From positions 12,750,828 to 12,814,827 of the forward strand of contig OZ316894.1 of the NCBI GenBank assembly GCA_973895155.1: 64,000 nt of DNA, read 5' to 3'. Position 1 is the first letter of the stretch, and each line of letters starts with the position of its first letter. Below, one piece after another: positions 38,201 through 50,400 of this stretch. The DNA comes from Marsupella aquatica (lineage: Eukaryota > Plantae > Marchantiophyta). Both the position numbers and the translations under genes were made by a program. The notes below the pieces were generated by a model, which did no database searches, was not told the DNA's origin, and saw only the letters and a program-made list of their open reading frames with translations.

Positions 38201-39444
38201 AAGGTTTTTCGAATCCTTGTGTTGATGAGTCGAACAGCTTTTGAACAGGTTGTGCAACACTTGCTCGCTATAAGGAGAGGAAGGAGGAGTAAAATATTCC
38301 GGAGGTAAACTTCCCACATTAACCGGATCCAAGCGAGTTCCAAACCTGGATGTCAGGGAACTCATGTAAGCCCTACTTAGCTCACTGATAAGAGTTGAAC
38401 AAGACCCATTTCTTTGCGATCTAGATTTGTCGACTTGTTTCCGTTTTCTGGTTTCTTTCCTTCTATTTGAGCCATCCAGTCCTGGCTCTGATCCCAGCCC
38501 GTGGAGATTGTTGCTAGATGCCTTGCGTCTAAAACTTGAGCCACTCGTCTTGCTATTTGATATAAACGTAAAATCCAGATTTAGGCCCGAGTCGTTGGAC
38601 CCAGACAATATAGTGTCATAGCAAGCTCGAGCTTGATCAAGACTGTCAAATTCACGCTTGGTCATGACTTTCACCTCCAATGACACACATGTGTCGGTCT
38701 GATCACCACAAAAGGAAACTTTCGGTTAGATGAATTGAGAATTCCAAAATCATCGATCGACATTGCGACCATTAAATTTGTGTCACTTGCTCCAACACAA
38801 CAATGTCATATGAGCTAAAAGTTGATAGACGGTTCTCTTCTCATATATAAGTCGACTAAAATCACTAGATATCATACACCAGCTACTATGATCATGAAAA
38901 CAAAGTAAACCAAACTGCCTGGACCTTGAGCAGAGGATCAATATGGAGTTCACAATGATATGAAGCCTCTTTCCTTAACATCTACTGACATCAGTCTCCA
39001 AAATGGTACTGTCAGTACCTGGAGTTCATTGCTGTAATTAATGCCCCGCACATCGGACCAGGCAACTTCGAAAGCAACACATCCATACAAGCCATGAGGC
39101 GGCTTCTTAGATCGAATCTGCTCTTTACAGTCGCGCTGCAGAGCAACCAAAAGCGAAAACCAGCCATCCTCTTTCTCTTGTGCGGCTGTTACCCTTAAAT
39201 TAGAACTCTCTCCATGTTGACACGAAATATCACCCTTACTGTAGTCTCGCAACCGGTTGGCAAAAGGAGATCCCCTAGACTGGCGAGCTCCAACAAAGGA
39301 ATTTAGTAGTGCAACAGATTGGAAATAGTTATATTTTCTTGATACCGGAAGGAGCGATGACAAAAGACCCAGAAACGCTAACCTAAATAATGCCACTGCA
39401 GGATTCAATACAAGGAACAAACCTTGTAAACCAACAGTTGCCAT
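35215..39444 (-). CDS. Uncharacterised plant protein with hydrophobic (membrane-like) C-terminal half; 7 coding exons, ~833 aa
   Basis: Phase-consistent GT-AG model: 39444-39019, 38698-37237, 36901-36636, 36133-36060, 35966-35825, 35536-35493, 35302-35215. Conserved-looking blocks: PHGLYGCVAFEVAWSDVRGINYSNELQ|TDT, RLLKMLESGLPPWVIFLQSYP..YRPWM, VLIGFYDLYKNVP, LKYLGTMLFL, WRTLWND..K|VF, CNRHRLSIYN. The start codon and last two exons are less certain. Confidence 0.8.
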
Positions 39445-41824
39445 AATTTCGCAGGCCTGGAGGGGCAAGAGTTCACTGTCCAGGGTCCGTTATCGACGAG
39501 GAAAACTAGCTTCAACCCTTGATATGCCACAAGCAGGAAGAGCCTAGACACATATGATTGAATGTCCCTGTTCAAAACAGTACATGTTAAGTTCCACTCA
39601 TAGAGGAAAATAGCGATGAGACCTGACTACTGATCCAATATGAACCCAGGCCATGTATCGTCGTTAAGGTCACCATAACTGTTCGCTCTCGTCTATGAGA
39701 GTTTTCAAAATAGCATCAATTCCGGAGTCAAAGCCATACATCACTTGCTCACAGAGAATTCCTCATTTTTACCGAGCCACACTAAGTAATTAATGCCGCG
39801 ATGTACACTAACACAAAGGGCCATGTAAGACAAGATGCCAGGAAGAACCACATGCAAAGTCAGAGAGGTGTCATATCAATGGTGTCAATAATTATCCTCC
39901 CCAAGGTGCTGAAATCATGAGCTTCCGATAGAGCCGAGACGGGAAACAGAGGAAACGTTCAGACTCTTCAACTTCAGACGGTACAAGCAAAAGTCATGGA
40001 CCATCCAAGGTATGTCAACCAAAGAATTTACTTTGCTCCAAAAGAGACCCCTCCCCCTCACCGCCCCACCAAAAATACACAATTTTTTTCATAGAAAACA
40101 AAAATTTCTAATCACAATTGATACAATCGGAACGCAGATATAATCGGAACGTTGCAACAGTCAAACTTGTCAACATGACGATATCGAAATCGTCACCCTG
40201 CCCTACGATTATTGAGGAAGTCAGCCGAATTTTATGATCATGAAACGCGTCCCTATGCCTTACAGTGGAGATAGCACGAATGCAGAGATGCTGAACGCTC
40301 GGAACAAAATCTGGACGTTCCAGCCCCAATCTGCACAACGTTCCGTCGAAGTACACTGAATTTGCGAGTTGCGAGGACAGTCGAAAGGCCATTTGTCGAC
40401 TGCTTCAGCCCTCAAATCTAGAGCAAGACAGCCCCAAACTCAAGAAGGTGCCCTAACTGGAACACAGATCTCAATCGTGCACGCCTAGAACCTTGGGTAT
40501 CTTACTAAGCCATTGATCTAAAGAAGGCCATATCTTTTCATTAATCCCCTGGCTCAGATTGTTCTTTGGGCTCTTTGCTTCTTCCGCTCCCGTTGGATTC
40601 ATGTAGATTATCACTACTCTAATCCTCGGGACACAACCAGAAGGCGATCGATCGACAAGGCAAGCAGAAAATACACATGACCACGAAGAATAAAATGTCG
40701 ATAAGGGGACTGACCCGATCTGCAGACTGGTGAGGGCGTAAAGACCACCGTTGCGCGGTAGCGCCATCCTTTCGCCTGTCCGAAAACCTCAACCTCCCTC
40801 CCGAGGCGATTGATTGGCCGGCTACAGGGTGGTGTCGAGGTACGGCAACAACTCGAGAAGCGTAGAGCTATTCGACCCCATCGCGGTAGCACTCTTTCTT
40901 CCAATTAAGTTTCGATGCCGTTACTATCCTGAAGCCATGGATCACACCCTCTCATCAAGCGGACTCTTCCATTGTAAGTTTACTGACTGTTCCTTCATAC
41001 AAAAATGAAGAAAACCAACGAGCATCATCGAACATCTCTCCCTCCCCTCCACTACCTGGCACCCGGCCAGACCCCGCAGTCCCACCACTCCGGTACGTGG
41101 CAGACGAGCAGGTTCGTGACCGACAGCACTTGCATCTGGGCTTCGAACCTCGGTTTTGAGGTGTTCCACAGAACGCGTTCAGAACATCACAGAGTATGCT
41201 TTTGGGGTTTGACGCGCTCCCCGCCTTCGCCGCTGTGCAGTGCTGCTTGTGCTGCATCATTTTCTGTATCTGCAGGATACGATGTTTTCCTGGTCGGTAC
41301 GGTATTTTGCTGGTCGGTGATGTAAGGAAGCGTTGACCTTACTAAATAACAGATGTCTGAGTTGATCTTACCAACTCACTTTGGTTTTACTATAGTGGAA
41401 TCCACTTCTTCAGAACCCAAGTAACCGTAACCCCAAGCCAGCTTAGATTTTGAGGTTTTTTCTTTTTCCAGGTGGCCAATGTCACCTTGTGTGACAAAAA
41501 AGATGTTAGTAATATTCCTTATCTAATTTTCCTAGAGTTGTTTCTGATCATCAGATTCTCTGATGTGTGGATAATGGGGTTTTCTAGGTGGGAAACTGGC
41601 TATGGACAATAAAAAACCTGGCAAATTTTCACCAACTGTGGCAGGGAGACCTTTTACTCTAGCTAATTTTTGCCCGTGGAAAAAATGGTGCCCAGGGGCC
41701 CTTTTACCTATACCTTCCCCACCTAGTGAGGGCTCTAGTCAAACAATAGTTCATTCCTTCCTCAAGTATTTTTGTCCACAAGGGAAACAGGCATCTGTGT
41801 GAAGGCATTTTGTTTGGATGTAAG

Positions 41825-42033
41825 AAAAAACCCACTTCACTAACAAAGTTAGTCCCTAGCTAGCCAAAACCTGGTAAGTGAAATCCATTTTTAAGACTCC
41901 TCTTTTGCCTAGCAAACTTGCTAACCAGCTGGACTCTTAGAAATGTACTCAAAGTAAAAAAGTCAACAAAAATCAAAAGAAATTACAAACCACTACAGTA
42001 AGTAGGTATTAGCTAACAACATTTTCCGCAGTA
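41825..42033 (+). repeat. Dispersed repeat, partner of 11085-11285
   Basis: Collinear similarity to 11085-11285; ends ttttccgcagtag. Confidence 0.6.
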
Positions 42034-43765
42034 GCAAAAATTATTGTTTGCTTGCATTATACCATAACTCAATGTAAGATTCACAATCTAGGCTACGAGT
42101 TTAGGTCTGACTATGTAGCATATGTGATATGGCACAATGTTTGGATGTGAAAGTGACAAGGAGCTACAAGCTTGGGTACTACCTAGCATCTCTGATGAGG
42201 CAAAAATGTAAGGGTTATCTGGCAAGGATAACAACAAAATTAACAGATTTTGAACTGTCAATATGAACTGGTGTGCACTACAAGTAACTGAGAGGGGCCC
42301 TTCATCAAAACTTGACTGTTTTGATAGTGTCCATACCCATAAAACACTCTTGCTATCTCAAATGTGTGCCTGAGCTGCAGTATGCCTGCCCAACTGAGAA
42401 ATTACAAACTTCAATAAATAAACAGTAGTAAAAATAAAATTTTGAATGTTTATGAAAACTAAAAATATTTATGTGTTCATTCAAAAATTAAAGTAAATTA
42501 AATATAGTTCCTCCTATTGAGCAACCATGTTTAGACTCCACAATGCGATGGCCACAGTGTTGAGCAAACTACTGCTACTCATAGATAGCATGCACATGTG
42601 CAAAGATCCAACGAACACACGAGTAGACAAAAGTGATATGTGGTTCTCTACAGGCTACGTCCACGGGAGCGCACAAGAGAGTTATATTGACGCCCGTCAA
42701 CCATATCAAGTCTCCACAAACTAAGTTTTCTCTATTTCTCAATTGGCTCAATAACAATGAGCCTAAATTTCACCCATTAACTAGATCCTACTAGTGAACA
42801 TAGCATTAGCACATCTAACCTTAGCTAAGCACCTGACTTCGATAATTTTAATTGTGGCTACATAGTAACTCTAGACCTAAGAGTAGATGTCTAAGTAACA
42901 CAGCATCACCTATCTTGCATCCTTGTGCCTTAACTTTTGTCCTCTTGGACTACACTACAACAACAATGGTGACCATAGTGATCACATTTTTGCACAAACA
43001 ACAACCCAGCCAAAATGACAAGACTTCCACATCCACCAACCATGATAAATCTAGTCATGTGGTTTTTCCACCGTGGTAGGCATTTTCTGTACCAAGGAAA
43101 GACTGGCATAGTGTTTGATGTCTGTTAGGCAATGAAACACGCAACAACTCTTTTGTGGAACTACCTATTTTGCGCTACAACTTCTTCACATAACAACATC
43201 CTTTACTCAACCTCATCATTTTTGCAATGTCATCTTTTACGCAACTACCTCTCTTGCTCAAGAGTGTCTTTTGCACAACAGCATCTTCTGGGTATTGGTA
43301 TTGATTGAGCTAGTGGTGTCATGAGAGCCTAGTCACTTGAGTACTTGAGTACTCACAAGTGGGAGATTGTGAAGGAAGGGGACAGGTTACACCTGAGTTT
43401 CCAGATTTCTTCACTGTTTTTTTCTTTCATTGGCTTTGTTTTTTGGAAACAAAAGCCCAGATGGACCAAGACAATGTCCCTGCCCATCCCCATGGACTGC
43501 GTAAAGCAGTCATTGCTTTCACACCAAAGAGAAAAAGGAACCGGTCGCGGATCACAGTTGACGACATTGACTACCTAGGGATGAAAGTAGTCAAGACGTC
43601 ATGGCAATCCTAAGTAATGGCATGACATCTTGAGGTCTATCAGCTTCAAGGTAGTCAAGTTGTCAGGTTACCAAGGTAACCAGTTCAGTAATGTGATTGA
43701 ATCCTGCAGAGACAGTTTACAGGTCACATTTTGGTCAAAAGCACAAATAATATTATCTGAGTCAG

Positions 43766-43978
43766 TTTAAATGTTCTGAGCAAATCCATCCAAACTTTGC
43801 CACTCCATGTATTCAGAGCAAATCCATTTAAATGTTCTGAGCAAATCCATCCAAACTTTGCCACTCCATGTATTCAGAGCAAATCCATTTAAATGTTCTG
43901 AGCAAATCCATCCAAACTTTGCCACTCCATGTATTCAGAGCAAATCCATCCAAACTTTGCCACTCCATGTATTCAGAG
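43766..43978. repeat. Minisatellite, ~59-60-bp unit, ~3.5 copies
   Basis: aaatgttctgagcaaatccatccaaactttgccactccatgtattcagagcaaatccatt repeated, with internal gagcaaatccat sub-repeat. Confidence 0.95.
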
Positions 43979-44814
43979 ACAAAGTGGAGGTCCATGGGGG
44001 TTTAGTTTCCATTTTTTGTCCATACTTTATGGTGTTTTTTAAATCACTCAAAAATCATTGATAATGTCCGTTTTCAGAAATAATTCATAATGTCGTTTTT
44101 CATCGAATCTTTCAACATGTCCTAGTTATTGATACTTTCAGTCTTTCTTGTCCAAACTTTTTCCTTGTCATCGATCCACAATATAAGGTTCACTTTGCGC
44201 TACATTAGTCCCATTGTAATAAAATCTTGTTGTAATGCCTGACCTCAAGTTTATTTTCATGTTTCTAGATTCTTTGGAAAGAATTCAATCCTATGGGATG
44301 TTTCAGCAGGATTGACAATTATTTGTGATTGATTTTTCTTGATCCAATTTTTGCTTGGGCTTGCGCTACCGTAATAGTAACAATTTCACCCTGGAGTAGG
44401 CCGCCATTCGAAATTTCATAGGCTGATATGGTATCCTCTCCACAAATTGACGAACGAATCCTACCACCTCAGATTGTATGGCCTCCACACCCGCTAACGA
44501 AACACTCGCAAAGCAAACTCGATGTCACAACGCACCGGAAGCGGGCATCTTTGTTGATGAAAGGAAATTCAAGTTCAACGAAAGAAGGCGTGGGAGTATA
44601 CGAAGAACCGTCTATCCAGTGCTTCGACAAAAGGAACTATCTACTTCTCGCTTTGCTGCATCGAAAAATTTTGGAGTATGGGCCGTCGTTGCTGGAAAGA
44701 AACTAAAACATTTTCAAGCTGCCACCTAAGAATTAGCAAATTGTGTGAAAGTAAATTCACACAATTAGCACACGAAGAATCACATACATTGGCACAACGA
44801 AGTCTGGAGAACTG

Positions 44815-46314
44815 TCATGAAAGGAAAGATTCGGCATAGCCAATTTGCTCAACAATCGTGGTCCCGGCGATGTAGCCTCCGGTCCAAGCATTCTGAAAAT
44901 TGAAACCCCCGGTAATTCCATCCACATCCAGAACCTCGCCAGCCAGAAATAAACCTCGGCACATTCGACTTTCCATAGTCTTCAGATCAACTTCTACTAG
45001 TGGAATACCACCGGCAGTGACAAATTCGTCTTTGAACTCCCCCTTGCCGGATATCTCGAAAGAACATCTCTTTATCAAAACTGCTAAATCGTACAAGCTC
45101 TTGGTCGGCACGCGAGCCCACTTTGAATCCTTCTCCAAACCCTGCCTTTCAAGTAAATACAGCCAAAATCTCCGTACCATCGGTAGGTCAGCAGGAACAA
45201 AGCTACCCAAGTTACGCTTCTGGCATTCTTGCTTGTGCTTCACCAACATGCTCTTCGTCTCTTCCAAACCAGAATTCGGTAAGAAATCCACCCAGATTGT
45301 CCCTTCATACCCTGATGAATAAAGAAGGCGAGCTGCCCATGCGGAGAGACGGAGCACAACAGGTCCACTGAAACCCCAGTGAGTTATTAACAATGGTCCA
45401 TCCTGTGTCAAGTGTGGATCCTTCAGCTTCTTTTGGTCTGGAAGTTCCAGTTCAACTTTCACCTTTTCAAAACTGACCCCCGAGAGTTCTGTCAGCGCTG
45501 AATCCTTGACCTTAAACGTAAACAGACTTGGCCTTGGTTCAACAATAGAGTGCCCCAATTGACTCGCGATTTTGTAACCCTGAAAAGCACTTCCACTTGC
45601 AAGAAGCACGTTATTGGCTTCCAGTATGTTATCGCCATTAGATTTACTACGGCCTCCTATCTGAATGTTGAATCTGCCACCCTCCTTGGATACCCGATTC
45701 ACCTGGACATTCGTCTGTAAAGTCACTCCGATCCGGCGAGCTTCACTCAGGAGGCATTCAACAATAGTGGCTGAGCTGTTAGTCTTTGGGAAGATTCTCC
45801 CATCACTTTCAGTCTTCAGAGCTACGCCTCTGCTCAGAAACCAAGCAGCTGTGTCTTGAGGCCCATGACGACGGAAGTAAGACCCACGCAACTCCTTATG
45901 TCCTCTCGGATACTGTCCTGCCAAAAGCGATGGGTCGTTGAAGAGCCCAGTGGTCACATTACAACGACCGCCTCCAGAAACGAGCACCTTGGATAGGAGC
46001 TGCTGCCCCTTCTCTAAGACTAGAACCTCAAGGCTGGCACAGAGACTTTTAGCCCTTAAAGCTCCGTACACTCCAGCGGCACCTCCTCCGACAACGATAA
46101 GCGTTCGTCTTTCACCTCGTCGTCCATCATCTTCCCTGTCACTTTGAGTTGAGCTGCACCGGCACCTCAACTCCCAAAAAGGCCGTAGTGGGTAGGTCAA
46201 ACCACGTTGTACATCCTGCCCTAAGCTCCGAGTCGCTACTCCAACTCGGAGCCCCAAACCTCCGTCGTCTGGGAAATGGGTACCACTTCGTCCTACGTTG
46301 AGTCCACCCCACAT
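44815..46314 (-). CDS. HI0933/BaiN (YhiN)-family FAD/NAD(P)-binding oxidoreductase with N-terminal transit-peptide-like extension; single exon, 499 aa
   Basis: Uninterrupted ORF with VVGGGAAG (Rossmann), SGGGRCNVT, ESDGRIFP, LLITHWGFSGP, VTAGG and GEVLDVDGITGGFNFQNAWTGG. Confidence 0.93.
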   Translation of the reverse strand: MWGGLNVGRSGTHFPDDGGLGLRVGVATRSLGQDVQRGLTYPLRPFWELRCRCSSTQSDREDDGRRGERRTLIVVGGGAAGVYGALRAKSLCASLEVLVLEKGQQLLSKVLVSGGGRCNVTTGLFNDPSLLAGQYPRGHKELRGSYFRRHGPQDTAAWFLSRGVALKTESDGRIFPKTNSSATIVECLLSEARRIGVTLQTNVQVNRVSKEGGRFNIQIGGRSKSNGDNILEANNVLLASGSAFQGYKIASQLGHSIVEPRPSLFTFKVKDSALTELSGVSFEKVKVELELPDQKKLKDPHLTQDGPLLITHWGFSGPVVLRLSAWAARLLYSSGYEGTIWVDFLPNSGLEETKSMLVKHKQECQKRNLGSFVPADLPMVRRFWLYLLERQGLEKDSKWARVPTKSLYDLAVLIKRCSFEISGKGEFKDEFVTAGGIPLVEVDLKTMESRMCRGLFLAGEVLDVDGITGGFNFQNAWTGGYIAGTTIVEQIGYAESFLS

Positions 46315-46997
46315 TGGAAGTGAATGGCTTGTCAGGAGGACGGGCAGGACCTGGAATCCAGGCAGAAGAGGGAAGCTCTACTAAAAAACAATCTTTTCCG
46401 AGCTGTTCAGAGGAGACAGAGAGACAGACAGAACCATCATCAACTCATCATTCATCACCACAATTACGGGAGCGAGGAATCCTCCTTTTTCTAGAACAAT
46501 TGGCGCAAGTAGGCTTTCAAATGTTACATGTTCACAAAACGGGCCCTTTCATCGTATTCGACGGGCCTAACGTTGGACATCGCAATCCCCGCATGTGGAC
46601 CTTTCGAACGACGTAGAGATTTGTGCTGTACCGACCCGAACGCTTTGCAATTGTAGCTCAGGATAGGGACAGTATCAGATAAGAGTCTACTACACACGCT
46701 GAACAGTCTCGACTCTTAGGAATTCTTAAACCCCTTGGAAAACACTTGCTTTGTATTTGCTGTATGGTTTATCCTTCTAATTATGACAGAACATGAAGAT
46801 ATCTTACGAGTACGCTGACACACTGTCAAGAGGGTGTTCTGGCTTATGATCGTCCGAGGGTGTCATGCGGCTGTGTGTGTTGTCTCTATCTATGGTATTG
46901 AATGTAATGTATCCAACAAATACAAAGAGAATATCTACCGAGTGGTTTAAGAGGGATGCAAGTACAATCGAAAATCGAAAATCGAAAACGTCAATAT

Positions 46998-47188
46998 TGT
47001 TATAACTCCAAAATACTATGAAATTATGATCATCCTTCTTTGATCAATCGAATAAGTAGAAGATGACTCAAAATGGAGGAGTCTCTTCTATACAATATGG
47101 TTAGGGTAGTTATTCCTAAGCATACCCTTTGGATTCTCTAATCATATCCTTTAAGGTCTCCTTTAAGGATTATCCATATATTACAACA
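46998..47188 (-). repeat. 3' LTR (191 bp)
   Basis: tgttataac...ttacaaca, adjacent to PPT ctccccct (47189-47196). Confidence 0.95.
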
Positions 47189-47287
47189 CTCCCCCTAGAT
47201 TGCTAAAATTGATAATTGTTTGCAATCTTAATGACTAATATTGGGGGAATCCTATATTAACCTCTTTGTAGCATTTGATCATCAGGT

Positions 47288-47337
47288 GTAACCTCATTAA
47301 AAACCCGCTGCTTTCTTCTCGGGAAAAGAGTGTTACC
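47288..47337 (-). promoter_or_regulatory. 3'-UTR stem-like motif of the copia element (ACTCTTTT...GGTTTTTAATGAGG)
   Basis: Minus strand reads ggtaacactcttttcccgag...cgggtttttaatgaggttac and is partly self-complementary. It resembles a motif I recall from Bianca-lineage 3' UTRs. Confidence 0.45.
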
Positions 47338-47460
47338 ACTTACATGTATAGATCAAAAGTTATCAGGTTAATTGTAAGTGTATTTGTGACCTAATGTATG
47401 GAAATCCTAATACGATAGGATGTCTAAGTGTATGTCTCGAATGGAATACTGGTTGGTTTC

Positions 47461-50400
47461 TTAGGGCGGATCTTTGAGTGTGGAAAGTCGACGTAGACCT
47501 ATTCCTTCACAATGTGCGTTATGTAAGTGTCGGGGTAGCGGCTTTGTGAATATGTCGGCATGGTTTTCGTTCGAAGGGATCCAGACGACGTTTACTTGAT
47601 CGCCATGTTGCTCGGCGGTGTAAAAGAATTTCGGGGCGATGTGTTTAATGCGGTCACCCTTGATGAATCCCATGCTGATTTGATTCACGCAGGGTCGGTT
47701 GTCTTCGTAAATTGTTGTTGGTGCTGTTAGTGGGGGGGATCCGGCTGATGTATGAATGTGGTTAAGTAATTGGCGAAGCCAGATGCATTCGCGACAAGCT
47801 TCGTATAGGGCAATGACTTCAGCGTGATTTGAAGAAGTTGTGGTAAGTGTCTGCTTAGTGCTCTTCCAGGAGATTGCCGTCCCTCCTTGCAGAAACACGT
47901 ATCCGGTTTGAGATTTGGAATCATCAGGGTCGGATAAGTAGCCTGCATCAGCATAACCAACAAGTTCATTAGCGCTTGTGTTAGAGTAGTATAGTCCCAT
48001 ATCTATTGTGCCTTGTAAATACCTGAAAATTTGCTTTATGCCATTCCAATGGCGAATGGTTGGCTGAGAGCTGTGTCGAGCGAGCATACTGATTGCGAAA
48101 GCTATATCTGGTCGCGTCTAATTAGCAAGATACATGAGGGCCCCAATTGCAGAGAGGTATGGTTTCTCTGGTCCGAGCGTTACTTCTGAATCCGTTTTCT
48201 TATGAAAGATGTCTTTTGTAGGATCAATAGAGCGAAGGTCCATCGGTGTGGTCACTGGGTAAGATTTATCCATGTTAAATTGTTTTAACACTTTGCGAGC
48301 GTATGTAGATTGATGAATGAAGATCCCACCAGGTAAAATTTCTATCTGTATACCCAGACAGTAAGAAGGTTCACCGATATCTTTCATCTGAAATATATTC
48401 TTGAGAGATGAGATCGTATTCAAAGTAATCTTTGGAGTTCCGAATATACTGATGTCATCAACGTAAATTGCCAGGATGACAAATTCTTGTTCGATATGCT
48501 TAATAAATAAGCAAGGAGCTATTTCATTGTTAACAAACCCAAGTGCTAGCATTTCCGCTTTAAAGCGTTGGTACCATATCCGTCCGCTCTGTTTAAGGCC
48601 GTATATCGAGCGGAGGACTTGTACAGCAAGTTTACTTTGAGGTTTCTTGCTGCTGATCTGTCTGTGCACTGATATAGCATGTAGATCTGTTTGTTTCATA
48701 GAAATAGCTTGGGTTGTTGTGCTTATATGGCCAGTTCGATCTGATTCAAGTTCTAATGCTTGATTCATCAATGTTAATTGCAGAGCTGTGGGCACTATCT
48801 GTGTAATGCCCGCTTTTAGATCGGGAGATAGTGGCAAAGTTCTCTCCCCCTGAATATGGAAATGAACTCTCTGAATGAGTTCAGGTGGAGTCTGCATGTA
48901 TATATCTGTGTCTAAGGTGCCATAAAGATATGCTCTCACGACATCCAAGAGATGTAAAGTTAGTTTGTGAACCAAAGAGAAAGCAATTAAGTAACGATAG
49001 GTAATGGTGTCCATGACTGGAGAATATGTTAGATCATAGTCCTGTCCCCATATCTGTGTATATCCCTTGGCAACTAAACGTGCCTTATGTCGGATGATTT
49101 CTCCTTGAGCATTCCTTTTTGTGACCAGCATAATTCTATATCCTGTTAGATGTTGAGCAGATGTTGGGTGACTAATTTGACCAAATACTTGGCGAGAAAT
49201 CAAGGAATCGAGCTCTGAATTTATTGCTTTATTCCATAAGGGCCAGTCCTCGCGTTGTTGAGCTTCACGAACTGTGCGAGGATCGGCTAACTCTGAAGAG
49301 ATGGTCTGTGATATCATCAGTGCAAAACAGTCATTCGTTTCTGTATCCTGTCGATTCCATATATTTCCGGTGACTGCATAGTTGAGGGAGATTTCTTCAT
49401 ATTCATTCTTCTGTTGTACGTTTGATGTCATGGTAAGTAGTGTGGTAGGAGGACGTTTATTGCTTGCTGGTTTGTTCTTAGAACCAGGAGGACGTCCTCT
49501 CTTTGTTTTGGGTGGTACATGATTAGCTAATTGTTCATCAATGGTTATACGTGCAGGGACGTTGGCTGCTTCAATATGTGATTTCGTCATCTGTGCAGCG
49601 TCATTGAACGCATCTGGCAGTTTTTCCATAATTTGGTGAAGGTGTAGTATCCTTTTGACCTCATCGTTTGCTAATGGTGTTCTTGGATCATTCCAGAAGG
49701 GATTTTGTGTTTGCCATTGTAGTTGAGTTGGCTTAGGCGTAACTGGGAGGTTCACTGTGCTAAGGGTAGGAAATATATCTTCTCGAAATTGACAATCATT
49801 GTAGCGAGCTCTAAAGGTGTCTGCAGTTGTTGGTTCTAGATATCTAATTATAGAAGGAGAGTCAAAACCAATGTATATACCTCTGTGTCTTTGAGGTCCC
49901 ATCTTGGTCCTCTTGGGTCCCAATATGGGTACCATGACTAAGCAGCCAAAGATTTTGAGGTGTGATACGTCAGGAATGTTACCGTAAGCTAAATGATGTG
50001 GTGTATATTTGTTGAAGGCGGATGGCCTGTATTTTAATAGAGCAGCACTGTGTAGGACAGCATGTCCCCAGGCAGTTAGCGGAAGCTGGGTATTCATTAA
50101 TAATGGGCGTGATATCATCTGGATATTTTTGATGAAGGACTCTGCCGTTCCGTTTTGGAAGTGAACATAAGCCACTGAATATTGTACTGTTATTCCAAGT
50201 GTAGTGCATAGGTCATTAAAAATGGGTGATGTGAATTCGCCTGCATTATCAATTCGAATCCTTTTGATAGGCGAATTAGGGAATTGTGTCCGTAATCTAA
50301 ATATTTGTGTAAGAAGGCGGGCAATCACCAGATTGCGGGTAGATATCAAGGATACTTGGGACCATTTGGTTGAGGAACAAATCATGACTAGGAAAAAGCG

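Noticed and set aside
43766-43978. Regularly spaced repeats as a CRISPR array
   Set aside because: Units are contiguous with no unique spacers, there are no cas genes, and the context is eukaryotic; it is a minisatellite.
44900-46147. + strand ORFs overlapping the HI0933 gene (likewise those opposite FtsHi5, the 833-aa gene, gag-pol and Myb)
   Set aside because: Antisense shadows of real coding sequence.
46620-46990. 5' part of the Harbinger transposase separated by the copia insertion
   Set aside because: Only vague short similarities (LAYD, TVKRVFW); not supportable by eye.
48100-48130. Programmed stop-codon readthrough in pol
   Set aside because: TAG is followed by ACGCGA, not a CARYYA-type context, and falls within a conserved motif; point mutation is more parsimonious.
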